Source: Raja brachyura (Eukaryota). From it: 64,000 bases of DNA. The stretch spans positions 5,456,001 through 5,520,000 of the forward strand of contig OY740804.1 of the NCBI GenBank assembly GCA_963514005.1, given 5' to 3'. The position numbers were made by a program, and so were the translations under genes. Below are positions 50,301 to 62,594 of the stretch, piece by piece. Each line of letters opens with the position of its first letter. Position 1 is the first letter of the stretch. The notes beneath the pieces were generated by a model. It searched no databases and was not told the DNA's origin. It saw only the letters and a program-made list of their open reading frames with translations.

Positions 50301-50539
50301 TACGTTTATTTGCCAAGTATTCACATACAAGGAATTAGCCTCAGTGCTCCACCCGCAAGTGACAACATGACATACAGTGACAGATAGGAATGATACATAA
50401 AACATTAAACATTAATAACACTGCATCTCTGCAGTGGAAACAGTGTTTAACGCGCCAAACCAATACTAATTATCAGAATGTCCAATTCTGAATGTTACTC
50501 ACCGGGCAAGAAACAAATGAGAAGAATTGGCACCAACAT
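41324..50539 (-). CDS. Gene C: complete CD300/pIgR-like single-V receptor, 191 aa, Arg-containing TM, short tyrosine-free tail (activating type). Exons 50539-50503, 46864-46544, 44636-44546, 43288-43198, 41359-41324
   Basis: MLVPILLICFLP|VSGALWAKKSVRGVVGKYITIDCHY..KYWCHGWTCGC..DTGWYSC..LLVSD|EPKVTESPFASTEKRSNDSQNDTTRSTCTE|RSMTWKVGRWLYFALLGICSISVSLFTSIRK|GPNEPKPHSLL*. All introns are GT-AG with phases 1,1,2,0; 576 nt. Confidence 0.9.
42009..43062. mobile_element. Non-autonomous TIR DNA transposon (hAT-like termini TAG...CTA), ~1.05 kb
   Basis: Imperfect 14-bp TIR tagcaatgttaaaa / ttgtaacataccta; flanking direct repeat ataggtg (42002-42008, 43063-43069); no ORF. Confidence 0.7.
43198..43288 (-). 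CDS. Gene C transmembrane exon
   Basis: Long pyrimidine tract plus cag; WKVGRWLYFALLGICSISVSLFT; AAG|gtatgt. Confidence 0.9.
44546..44636 (-). CDS. Gene C Ser/Thr-rich stalk exon (91 nt, phase 1-2)
   Basis: ttccttgtctcaacag|AACCT...GAACG|gtac; open frame with two N-glycosylation sequons. Confidence 0.82.
46105..46520 (+). mobile_element. CR1 LINE 3' fragment inserted just downstream of the gene C V exon
   Basis: LYSLEFRRLRG..RVVNLWNS; aagtc on both sides; empty site in gene A at ~1380. Confidence 0.88.
46544..46864 (-). CDS. Gene C Ig V-domain exon (321 nt)
   Basis: Contains most of ORF 46524-46823; 72/105 residues identical to the gene A V domain. Confidence 0.93.
47301..48121 (-). mobile_element. 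L2-clade LINE 3' fragment
   Basis: VKNLGMIFDSALKFDKQVNAVVKASFFQLR..HTFISSRLD; (CTTGA)n tail; agataag at 47294-47300 and 48122-48128. Confidence 0.85.
50503..50539 (-). CDS. Gene C signal-peptide exon (37 nt)
   Basis: MLVPILLICFLP+G|gtgagt. Confidence 0.88.
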
Positions 50540-53500
50540 CGTTTTAAATGCCGACCTCATGCTGGGACGTTTATCGTTCAGCTCTTAGTCCAGATAACTA
50601 GTCCGGAAAACTAAATAAAAGCCCATCTAGAGGAAATGTTACAATATAAATGATGAAGAAAACCTGATTGTGAAACAAGAGTGAGCCAATTGCTGACAAA
50701 CAGCTTGAAGTTCCCCCTGGGAATAAATAATTGCATGAATCTACGTGAATTTTCATCAAATGAGTTACGCTATGACTCCATGATACTCCCATGACTTATC
50801 AACTTACGAGGTCGAGATAACTGGACAAAGTCAGAAGGGATTGTGCCAACACCTGTGAAATCATCTCATTCTGTAGTTGGGAGAGGACCACTGTATGTAT
50901 GCTGCATGTTGTCTACAGATGTCTTCAGGACAGGTAGCATAGTCCCATATCCCACCTCTCAGATCACCCTTGGACAAGGAATGGCTCATTGTAGTGGGCA
51001 AGACATGCCAATGTGAGCGGGATTTGTTCTGAACTTTGATGGGTGTGATCCTGGCTGGGACTTTGATCTCAGGGCAGGTCTCGTTTCATGTCTGGAGCTT
51101 GTTAATGGTGGCCGATTTCGTTTAGTTTAGAGATACAGCATGGAAACAGTCCTTTCGGTCCAACCGATTCCACACCATTATAGTTTAATGTTATCCCATT
51201 TTCACATCCTACACACTGGGGGAAATTTACAGATGGTAATGAACCTACAAACCTGGGATGTAGGAGGAAACCCGAGCACCTCGAGAGAAACTGACTCTCG
51301 CAATGAGAACATGCAAACTCCACACAAGCCGCGCATGATGCCAGGATCGAATCCAGGTCTCTGGAGCTGTGAGATGGCAGTTGTACCACTGTTCCTGATG
51401 GGTTTTGCTTCATTCCAAGTTTGATTCTCGCAACCAGCTAAGTAACCCAGTACAAACCTGACCCACAATTGCCAAAAGTTAGACTTCCCCAGCAAGCCTT
51501 ACTGGTTGGGAGGGGGATTGGATTTCCGACTAAACCTCAACAACAGTGTAAGTTTTTACAAATCTCTTCTTGCTCATTTCACAAAACCTTTGGCCAGGAT
51601 GTCATTCACAGTCCAGTTGGCAAGTTTAGTTCCATTTAGTTTATCGTCATGTGTACCGAGGTACAGTGAGAAGCTTTTTGTTGCATGCTCTCCAGTCAAC
51701 AGAAAGACTATGCATGATTACTGTTTAAGATAGAACTCCAGATGCTGGAAAAATCGAAGGTAGACAAAAGTGCTGGAGAAACTCAGCGGGTGAGGCAGCA
51801 TCAATGGAGCGAAGGAGTAGGCGACGTTTTAGGTCGTGAGCTAAAACGTCACCTATTCCTTCGCTCCATAGATGCTGCCTCACCCGCTGAGTTTCTCCAG
51901 GGTTTTTGCCTACCTATGCATGATTAGAAACAACCATCCGCAGTGTACAGATACAGGATAAAGTGAATAACATTTAATGCAAGATGAAGTCCAGTAAAGA
52001 CCGGGTAAAGATAGTCTGACTGTCTCCAATGAGGTAGATGGGAGGTTAGGACCGCTATCTAGTCGGTGAGAGGATGGTTCAGTTTCCTGATTACAGCTGG
52101 GAAGAAACTGACCCTGAATCTGGAGGTATGCATTTCTGTACCTCTTGGCTGATGGGAGAGGGGAGAAGAGGGAGTGTCCAGGGTGTGACTCAACCCTGAT
52201 TATGCTGGTGGCCTTGCCAAGGCAGCGTGTAGTGTAGATGGAGTCAATGGAAGGGAGATTGGTATGCAATCGGACACTGTGTTAAAAATGGACAAAGAAG
52301 ATAATGAAGTAATTAGATCTCACTTTAATCTATTTCAAGGCAGATTGCTGCTCTTAAAGGCAGCCTGTGTGGCGATAAGAATTACTAACCACTTGAAAGC
52401 ATTGCCTGGAGTTGTGTATTGACCCTGGTACAGTAGGTGTACGATTGGACATGCACTCAGTAAAGAACAAATGATTGTGTCTGAGTTCAATACTCATTAG
52501 GTTCAGAAAATTCAATTAGTAAGGATCTGTGGGAGGAGACGTGTTTTGAACGCCTTCAATATACTTTATCACAGGGAAGTGAGACACTCCGCATGGGAAA
52601 ATCCAAAATAGATTATTTCAGCATCTCACTTCCATATTTTTTCAAGGTAAAGTTAATGTGATCTTAGCAAGCAATTGGGACAGGGTAATGTGCATTTATG
52701 AGAGTGAAATCATGTCTGACAAAGTAGCTGAGAGATTTATGGATCCTGGATGTCTGGCGATGTGAGGCAGCAGCTCTACCAGCTGTGCCACAGTGCCGCA
52801 GGATGATGGAGAAAAAGCTGTCAACTTGTAGGCTCTGGGGGCCTCTTCTCTGTATTGCTGTTAACAAAACAGAGCATCTAATCTAACTTCCTTTATTGTT
52901 CAAAACAACATTCAACTAAGATAACAGAACTGTGCCAGAAATCATGACCATGCAGTGCTCATAGTTTGAACACAACATAAAGCAAGAGTACAGTCTGAAG
53001 AAGGGCCTCGACCTAAAATGTCACCTGTCCTTTATCTCTAGAGATGCTGCCTGACCCGTTAAGTTATTCCAACACTTTGTGTCTATCTTCAGTAGATCAT
53101 TTCGTTCTTGGTATCTGCTCTGTCACTCAATGGAATCATGGCTGACACAGCACCACTTTTGTGAACTGATTCCATATCCCTTGTTTCTTATAATGTCTAA
53201 TAAAAATATTGATTTTTATTGTGATTGAGCCTTGCTGGCTTTGTGAGAGAACTTCGAGGATTCACCATGTTCTTTGTAAGGAGGCTTCTTCTTGTCCAAT
53301 TCTTGAATGACTGACCTCATACTTTGAGTCAGATGCACCTTATAAACAGGGGAAGCTTGATCCCTGCAGCTACCGTGTCAAACCCTATTAATATTTAGAG
53401 CCCATTAGGCCCATCGTTTCCATACCAGCTCTTGGAGCAATACAATTAATCTGTTCCCCAACCTACATCCCTTCACATTGCATGTTACAGTTGCCAGTTA

Positions 53501-54252
53501 TCCTACCACCCAGCATGCTCTGGGATGTGGGAGGACACTGGAGAATCCAGACGATAACATTGCTGTCACAGGGAGAACATGCAAATTTAACACAGAAAGC
53601 AATGAAGTTTGGAATTGGACATAGACAACTAGAGCTGTGAGGCAGATGCACAAGCAGCAGAATCTCCTCAAAATTTGCCACAAATAGCTGGAGTAGCTCA
53701 GCTTGTCAGGCAGCATCTCCGGAGAAAAGGAATAGGTGATGTTTCGGGTCAAGACCATTCTTCTTCAGAGTATAGACTGCTGGATTTTTAGTTTATTTTA
53801 AATACAATGTTGAAACCAGCTCTTTGGCCCACTATGCGGACCATCTATCACCGTTGTATTAGTTCTATGTGATCCCACTTTCATATCTTACACACTGGGA
53901 GAATTTATAGAAACCAATCAACCTACAAAACCTTGGAATGTGGGAGGAAACCAGAGCACCCAGAGAATACCCACACAGTCACAGGGAGGACATGCAAACT
54001 CTTCACAGACATAACCTATAGTCAGGATTGAACCTGGGCCTCTGGTGCTGTGAGAAAGCAGCTCTGTAGAATCTTGACTGCACTATTTGCAAGTATATCC
54101 ATCATTAAGTATAGAGACCACACCTACAAAACATTCCAGATGCAGTCTCAACAGAACCCTATATAATTGAACCAAAATGTCAATATACTTGCACTCAAAT
54201 TTCTTGCAACAATTACCTACATGCTGTTTACCATCCTAAAAGTTGCACTCTT

Positions 54253-54844
54253 TGTGAGGGATAAGATGATTAAACCACCATCATTGTGAGGGGCTGAGTG
54301 GTTGTAACCACTGATCTTGTGATGGGCCGAATAGTTGGAATCACCAACCTTGTGATTCGAACAAACTGTTACTGTCCTTCAGAGCTGTTGATATCATTGT
54401 AGAATAACAAGATGAGGTAAGGAATGTAGCTGACAACATAGAAGCTAGTCTTTAGGTCAAAGGCAATTAAGTAGGTTAGGGCAAAAGCGACTGAGCATGC
54501 TTAATGAAATAAATGAATATTAACTTTACGCCACTCATGACAAAGAACCTAATTTAAAAGTATATGCGATGTGTGATGTGGGAGAAGAGGGAATGATTGA
54601 TGACGCACGGAGGGGAGGGTTGGAAGATTGTGAACCTCGGTACCCTGATTGGAACGGGTCAGAAGGGGAGGCGTCTGATCAATAAAGACTGTATAATAAA
54701 TTGTATAAAAATAGACGTTTTTCCTTTGCTCGGTGTGTCTCGACTTGGAGAGGCACCCGAATCTGCAGACTCGCAAATAAAGCATTTCTTGTTTCCACGA
54801 TTTAGTCTCTGAGTAGTGATTGTGAGCACAAACTATATCTCACA
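54253..54844 (+). mobile_element. Solo LTR (592 bp, TGTGAG...CTCACA) inserted in a CR1 remnant
   Basis: 6-bp terminal inverted repeat, TATA-like tataaaaa (~54704), AATAAA (54776-54781), ~33-bp U3-like repeats, 12-bp flanking direct repeat. Confidence 0.75.
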
Positions 54845-56688
54845 AGCTGCACTCTTGGTCAACTTTCAATAATTCATGTACAGGGATATCTGGGCCCTTC
54901 TGCTCCACAGCACGGTGGCGCAGCAATGGAGTTGCTGCCTTACACTGCCTACAGCGCCAGAGACCCAAGTTCGATCCCGGCTACGGGTGCTGTCTGTATA
55001 GAGTATGTACTGTACGTTCTCCCCGTGACCATGTTGCTTTTTGAGATCTCCGGTTTACTCCTTTCCCCAACGACATACAGGAGCCGGATAATTGGCTTGG
55101 TAAAATTGTAAATTGTCCCCAGTGTGTGTAGGGTAGTGTTAATTGCTGGTGGTGCAGACTCAGTGGGCCGAAGGGCCTGTTTCCACTGTATCGCTAAACT
55201 AAACATGAAGACATTTCAATTTCTTGCCGTTTATAAAACCGTTCAGCATTTCTGCTTTCTTCACCTGCTGTCTCATATGTTGCAATTCCCACATCCTTGT
55301 GCATTCACTTAACCCAACTGCATCCCACAATGACTCTCTATATCCTCTTCATAGCTCACCCTGTCGTGTAGCTCATAACCCAGGGCTTTTGGAGTGGTTT
55401 GAATATGGATCTCAATAGGCACTATTTTTTTTAATTTGTTGGACATATTATTTGCTTGTTATTTTATCCATTGAGCACTTGCTGGCTTAACCTAGCACTA
55501 AATGTTATTCCCTTATCATGTATCTGTACATTGTAATGGCTCAATTATAAGCATGTATTGTCTTTCTGCTGACTGGTTAGCACACAACAAAACCTTTTCA
55601 CTGTACCTCAGTACACATAACAATAAATTAAACTGAAACTGACTCTGAATCTGTGTTTATAAACCTGTTGTGATGCTTCAAGTAAGAATGTTATAGTTCC
55701 ATTTCAGGACATATGACAATAAAACACCATTGACTTTCGAAAACTATCATAAGTGAAGAGAGAATAAAAAAGCTTTATTGTGTCTTATTAATCTCAATAT
55801 TCAACATGGCTTTTCCTGGAAGAAGAAACATTCTCTGCGCAAGCACACATTCATTATCTTCAATATACAATATTTGCCATCTCCAACGTTTGTTTCCTTT
55901 TTTTCTGTGTCTCCTGCGATGCAGGGGGTGCCTTGTGGATCGATACACTCACTCATTCTGCACTCAAGTGTTCAAGTGGGTTACTTGCTCAGATGCTGTG
56001 ATGAGATTTGAACCCACAACCTTTAGCTGTAGAGAGAAGATGTTTGCACTGTAACATAACTCCTCCCAGTCTATGTTGGGGATGGGTGTGAGAAAGGAGA
56101 CGGCATCATTCAATGCATTGAGCAAAATGGCTGCTATTTGCATAGCTGACCCAGATTCAACAATTTAATGGCAATTGCTGATCATTGGTAACAGGGAAGG
56201 GAGTGGAAAAATGAGGAGCTGCAGAAGCTGGTTTGCAAAAAAAAGAGACAACGTTCTGGAATAACTTAGCGGGTCAGGCAGCTTCTCTGGAGAGAAGAAA
56301 TGGGTGACATTTCAGGTTGAGTCCCTTCTTCAAAGTAAGTAGATGTGTCGATTACAGCAGAGAAAGGTCAGTGCAAACATGGCGCAAAGATGGGGCAACG
56401 AACAACACTGGTCCAGGTATGGGGCTGATGAGAACATAGCGGACCTGGCGTGGGGTGGGTGTGTGTTAACAAAGGGGGACATGGCGTGGGGGGGGGACCT
56501 GGTGTGGTGGGGGTGGGGGAACCGAGAACAAAGGGGGACCAATAGGGACTGTAATGAATACTTTGTAACTGTCGGCGTCCTATACATAGTGACTCTTTGT
56601 ATACCTTGTTTATGGTACACAAAACAAAAGAAATATCACTCTGACATGTCACATGTGGTAATAAAGTACCAATCAATCAATCAATTAC

Positions 56689-56967
56689 TCAATGAGTCAC
56701 AGTGGCATAAATACCCTGCACAGTGTTCTGTGGATTGTGAGGAGAAGGAGCGTTCTGACGGGCAATTTGGCTGACGCTTTGAGATGTAACATCTGAATAG
56801 GTGACATTATCCTCCCCAGTAGCGGAGTGAGTCCCTGTAGATTTGCTTTGAAATTCCACTCCTGCATACACAGTTTGATATTGATTAGAACAATGGGCAG
56901 CTTCCTTGTTGCCTTGAATGTCTGACAGTGTTGCATAAACGATGCTCCCTTTTCCGGTTGGCAATTC
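56689..56967 (-). CDS. Gene D terminal exon with four inhibitory/switch tyrosine motifs
   Basis: ORF 56689-56964: IVYATL, TVYAGV, VTYSDV, GIYATV. Confidence 0.88.
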   Translation of the reverse strand, partial: ELPTGKGSIVYATLSDIQGNKEAAHCSNQYQTVYAGVEFQSKSTGTHSATGEDNVTYSDVTSQSVSQIARQNAPSPHNPQNTVQGIYATVTH

Positions 56968-59900
56968 CTGAAATACAAAAGAGAGGTTGAGGTTGAGCAG
57001 GCTAGGACATTATTCCTTGGAGCGTAGGAGGATGAGGGGTGATCTTATAGAGGTGTCTAACATCTTGAGAGGAAAAGATTGGGTAGATGATCGGGTAGAG
57101 AACCAGATGAAATTGGTTTATGATGAGGGGGGAAAGATTTAATAGGAACCCGAGGGGTAACTTTTTTACAAAGAGTGTGGTGGGTGTATGGAACGAGCTG
57201 CTGGAGGAGGTAGTTGAGGCAGGGACTGTCGCAATGTTTAAGAAACATTTAGATAAGTACATGGATAGGATGTTTGGAGGGATGTGGGCCAATCTCAGGC
57301 AGGTGGGACTAGTGGAGATGGCTCGACCGCCGTGGAACCAGTGGAGGGAAGCTGCCGTTTCTAGCCCCGGTTTGCTCCCGAAGACCGGGACTCAGTGAGG
57401 AGATGGAAATAACCCCGACAGCAGCAGACGCTGGTCAAAGGGCTGGCAAGAAGGACCCAGGGAGGTCTTGCCTTCCACACCATCAACGTTGGCTGTGGGA
57501 GGCATAACATGCCTTTATGGCAAGCTGCAGTTGAGAAATGCCACCAAAACCTGATAATTTTACTTCGGAGTCACGTGAGTGATTCCGTGAAGAACCCCGC
57601 CAGTGCGCATGCGTGTCAGTACGTCAGCCGCATTGGCGCAAGCACCAGACTGGCAGGGCAGCGCTCCTGCCAGCGGTAAGTTAAACCTAGAAGGTAAGTT
57701 CGTTTTTACTTACCAGGGTTTTTCAAGCAGGAGCCTCTCTTCACAGAGGTTTTCCTGCCAGTTGCACAGCCCGACGAGTGAGCCGGTTATGGACTGTGGG
57801 GAAACCCCGGTCCGACAGCGGAAGCAGATAACCGGCAAAAGATCGGTTTGTGGGATAAGCAGCCGCTGACAAGGCAGTCAGTGGCTTTCCAGCCTGCGGG
57901 GATGCCGTGAAATGGCAAGAACGTAACACCAGAGTCGCTGACAGTGCGGTTAGCGGCTCACAGACGTCGGTCCTCAGGCAGGGAGTAAAAATTGTGGAGA
58001 AATGACTCATTCAGCCCTTTTAGACTTGGGTTAGTTGGGCTACAAGAGTTTTCTCTAATAATAAAGTTTACATGTATGTTATAGAGTTTTTCTTAAAGAC
58101 AAAAGTTAAAGTCAAAAAAGTTTATTGTCATGTGTCCCTGACAATGAAATTATTTCTTGTTTAGCACAAGTTGCTGTGAAAGGTTAAAATTGCTTTAACC
58201 CTTCACAGGTAAAGCTCTACACTAAAAAATTGATTTAGTGAGCATACACTGTAATAGCGCGGGCCTATGTGACAAGCCGCGCCAGCAGCGCCTGGGATAG
58301 TGCTGCTTCATGTGTAATAGCGTGGGCCTATGGGACAGGCTGCGCTAGCAGTGCCTGGCAGGGCTGCTTCATGTATGAAAGCGCCGGCCTATGGGAGAGC
58401 TGCGCCAGCAGCGCCTGGGACAGGGCTGTTTCATGTCAAAAAGCGCCGGCCTCTACGAGAGGCGGCGCCGGCAATGCCTGGGACAGGGTTGATCAAAGTA
58501 ACACACGTCTGCTAGGCCCACGGAATTGGCGGAAGATTCCCCGCCGGGGCTGGATAGCAAAATAATAGGCCTGCGGAGTCGGGGGATGATTCCTCACCGG
58601 GGCTGGATAGTGCGTTTGAAACGACTATCCCAAATGCAGCAACTATTGCATACAGTGCTACAGCAGGGCACACACCAGCAGGAGGAGTGTCAGCACCACC
58701 CTGAACAAAAGGTGCCAGCAGCACCTAGTAGAGAGCTGCTTGATAGCACCCTAATGGTGATGAGGCGCGTGCCATGGGCCATCTTAGCTCTGACACCGAC
58801 TATGATGGTAAGGTTGAGCCAGATGTTCCACCTCTGCAGGCCGCACCAGCAGCGCCAGTTGACAGAGCTGCTTCCGGTCTCCCTCTTGGAGGCAGAGACC
58901 AAGACGGGTCAGTATCCTGCTGACGCCGAGTCTCAGGGTATGGTCATGGTGCAGACCACAAGGGATGAAGGGCACGTGTTAGAGGTACCTTTTCGTGACA
59001 ACAAAGTTGACATCCCAGCAGAATGTTCCATTCGGGTACAGGTCCAATGGGGTCATATCAGCATATGTATCCTGCGGCAGCGCCTATTGAGGGCTGCCTA
59101 CAAATCGCCCTCTCTGAGGAGGGGAGTGTGAAAGGTCAAGATATAACTGACTCCAGGCTCTAAAGAGGTCGATGGAACATACTAGAGCACATATGTGCCG
59201 GCAGTGAACAGCGCAAACAGGTAATGTGAGAGCCAGCCGCCTAATCTGTTATTCAGGTAAGGCCTATTCAACAGGGGAGAAAACCAGGCAGATGAATCAA
59301 TTCAGGCCAATGGCAGGCAAAGGTTCACCGTTTCAGAACGCACCCCAGGTGCTCATCGGCAGTAGGCGGTTCACTGGAACTGGGGGCAGCATGACAGCTG
59401 GGCAGAAGTTCCACGCACCATACCAACCCTACTCAACAAAGTGGGTCTGGCACTTCCGAAACATGGGTAAGTGCAACAGTCACAAGTTGTAATATTTACA
59501 CTTGTTTGTACAACACACAAAGGATAAAAACATCTGCTTAGAGGCACAGTACTAGCATTCCAAGCAAGTTTGTATTATGGCCAGGGTTGTCTTTAAAGAT
59601 AAGGTTCAGAAATCGGGCCAGAGTTCTCATGCAAAGCACCCATGGACTAAGGCCGGAGTGGCCTGTTTATTATGCAAAATGTCGGGCATATGAACTTTCC
59701 GAATATGAAAACTTCTTTTCCTGACTAACAACAGATTCATAAGTGTCCCAAAGATCCATTCTGTGCAGTTCCCATTACAGAGGTTATCAAAGACAATATA
59801 ACTGTACTAATAACAGTAAAACATTGTGGAATGGGATAAACTGTTTGTTGGTCATTGGGATTTACCTTTAACTATTAATTAGCCTGTGACTCCACCCTGT

Positions 59901-62594
59901 GGCAAGAGATTGGAGTTAATAGCAACCTGTTATAAAACTGAATTTTATTTCATCAAGAATAGTTGGCAAAATAGTAGCTGTGATTCAGCTGAGCAAATTA
60001 AGGAACTGATATCGTGCAAAGTAGCGACCTCTCAAAGGCACGTAGACCATTGTTAACAACCTTATGCTATTCAGCTGAAGCTACCTCAGTCACAATGATG
60101 AACAAACAATATTCAGCATTGCTCCAGTAGTTTGGTCATTCTAATTCAGTTATTACAAACTGAGGCTAAGGGCTCTAAGGTGAGAAGTTCGGAATACCAT
60201 CTCTAGTTGGAGGTAGTGGGGATTTGCATGAGTTACCAATTCTTCAGTTGTTGGTATCAACTAAATATATACACTAGATGCACCCCATGGGTAAGGGGCT
60301 ATTGAGCGAATATACATATTCTACATGCTCAACTTCAAGTTGCTACACTACAGTGGTGGCATATGTTAGTCACATGGCAATCAACTAAAAGTATCCTGTA
60401 ATAATTTACCTAATCTCCTTGGCCACTGGTGTATCATCCAGTTCAGTTTGATGACAACACAGAATAGGTATTGGATCTCAAAGTATTATGAAAGTATGGT
60501 TCAATGCTACATCGAATATCGACATGTTGGTTCATGTTTATTCACTGATTGCAAAAATATGTGGTAGAACAGTGCAGAGAAATACATTCACGCTACAAAA
60601 GGAGGAATGATCTTTTATGTTTTTCTCCATTTTGCCTCATTAGTCGGGTCTTAAAACAGTCAGCAAGACCTCACTTTAGATTTCGTACTGTCGGACTGGC
60701 TAAGCAGCCATGTTGTCTGCTTTCATCAGGCATAATAATACAACGGTATGCGGTTATTCTAAGAAACGAAAGCTTGCTGGTTCAAACTGTGGTTCAGGAA
60801 ACCGGCCTCTGCATAATAAAACAATTATTGACTTACACATTCTGAATGGATTGACTTACAGCTCAAGTTGTCACATCAACCTATGGATGTGCTCACTATA
60901 GAGTGCACGGATAGCATCCAAAAAAGCAGTGCATTCCCACTGAGGGGATCGGAAGTGGTTTTGTTTAAATGTTAATGTTACATTTAATACGATAGAGATT
61001 ACTGACATCTCCCAGTACATTCTTAAATGGAATTTGACAATAATTCAGTTCCTGTTTGTTGCAGCCACTACGGCTGCAACAAACAGGAACCACTCTGTCG
61101 GGTTCAACCCCGGATATTGAGTTGTAAAAGAGATCTTGACACAAGTTCTCCCACTACAAGAATATGCAGTTTGGATATTGAAAATGTCTTAACATTACTT
61201 CACCAGGGGGTTGGTTCCAGCTACATCCTTAGTCGTGACACTAATATCAGCACAACGAGGGCAAACATTGCAAACGCTGTGGCGAGATCGGATGGAATTG
61301 GCTGCAGGTGCCATTACATTTTACATTCTGATCTACACAAACAGAGCAGACCAGGGTTGACAGGATTTAAGATCATTTTCGGCTACGCCACGGTTTCACG
61401 TCTATGTGGGAGGGCAGGCTTGCTACATTATATCAAGGCCACCAGAATCCTAAGAAGTGTGGAATCAGCATTGTTTATTAATCAACAAACAACCACACAA
61501 GGGAAGGTCGGTTCAGACTATTTCAAGGTCGCTGCAGCAGGTTCTGGTTTCTGCAGGTATTAACACTGACAATTGTATATCTCATTCCACCAGGGCAGCT
61601 TCAACATCAGTGGCCAGGGCAATGGACATGGACATTCCCATTGACCATATCCTCACAACCGCAGGATGGTCAACTGAATTGATTTTTAATTTTTTGTTTA
61701 CCATTGGCCGGTTACTGACCTGGGGTTTTTTGTCCATTCTGTTTTGCGTCCACTTTAGCCTCCCCTGAGATACAGGGGTTGCTATTGATTTCTTTATTAA
61801 CGTAAACCATTAATACATTTGAATCAATATCATGCTTAATGCATTTTTTGATTATTCACCCATCCTGAGTCAATCAATGCAGTGAGACGCCGAGATTTGG
61901 ATCTGCGGCATGAAATCACAAAGCTTCTAACCCTTCACGGAATCACTCACTTGACTCCGAAGTAAAATAATAAGATTAAATGAGAACTTACCAGTTTGGT
62001 GATTACGTGCCCTCCACGCCCAACCCTCTCTCATAAAGATCATCTGGTAGTTCTCGAGTCACGCACCTTATGTCACTTCCGTAATTGTTATTTGTGATTT
62101 CATACCGCTGCTTTGAAGATTGACGCGCATGCGCACTGGCGGGGTTCTTCACTTAATCACCAACGTAACTCCTCATAAAATCAAGATCAAACTTCAAACT
62201 ATAAATTCTCATTTAATCTTACTATTGTTGCATATAGACTCAGTGGGTTTCTATGCATGATATACACATTATGTTTCCATGGGCAATAGACAATAGGTGC
62301 AGGAGTAGGCCATTCGGCCCTTCGAGTCAGCACCACCATTCACTGTGATCATGGCAGATCATCCACAATTAGTACTCCGTTCCTTTGAAATAATCATCTG
62401 ATCTGTATGCATAAAATAACCTTGATGGACATTGACACATTTGATAATAAAGGAACCATAGAATCATTGAAGCAGATTAGTGACGTTGAATTACAGAATT
62501 TTGTAAGTTCTCAAGTACTCGGAGAATTCACACTGTGCCGTCTTTACCTGCATTTCATTGTTATATGCTCTGGGAGGTTTGTTCCCCTCTGATT
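56689..62594 (-). CDS. Gene D: last two coding exons (62594-62548, 56967-56689) of an ITIM/ITSM-bearing inhibitory receptor; upstream exons lie right of the window
   Basis: ttttccag|..SEGNKPPRAYNNEMQ|gtaaag (phase 1-0) joins ttttgtatttcag|ELPTGKGSIVYATL..TVYAGV..VTYSDV..GIYATVTH*. Membership of the same Ig family is inferred from position and orientation. Confidence 0.82.
57556..62226 (+). mobile_element. DIRS1-type element (copy 2), internally decayed, in the last intron of gene D
   Basis: 5' end ttttacttcggagtcacgtgag; ICR 61933-62006; right ITR 62121-62152; terminal extension to 62226; remnants FSPFCLISRVL (MT) and TISR..HSTRAAST..HILTTAGWS (YR). Confidence 0.9.
58251..58495. repeat. ~62-bp GC-rich tandem repeat (4 copies) inside DIRS copy 2
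   Basis: Units agcgc.ggcctatggga..gctgcgccagcagcgcctgggacagggctg.ttcatgt. Confidence 0.85.

Noticed and set aside
58251-58495. Regular repeats as a CRISPR-like array
   Set aside because: Eukaryotic context; degenerate tandem units without unique spacers.
58526-59131. 201-aa ORF as a host gene
   Set aside because: Lies inside DIRS copy 2; no recognisable domain, likely a decayed gag region.
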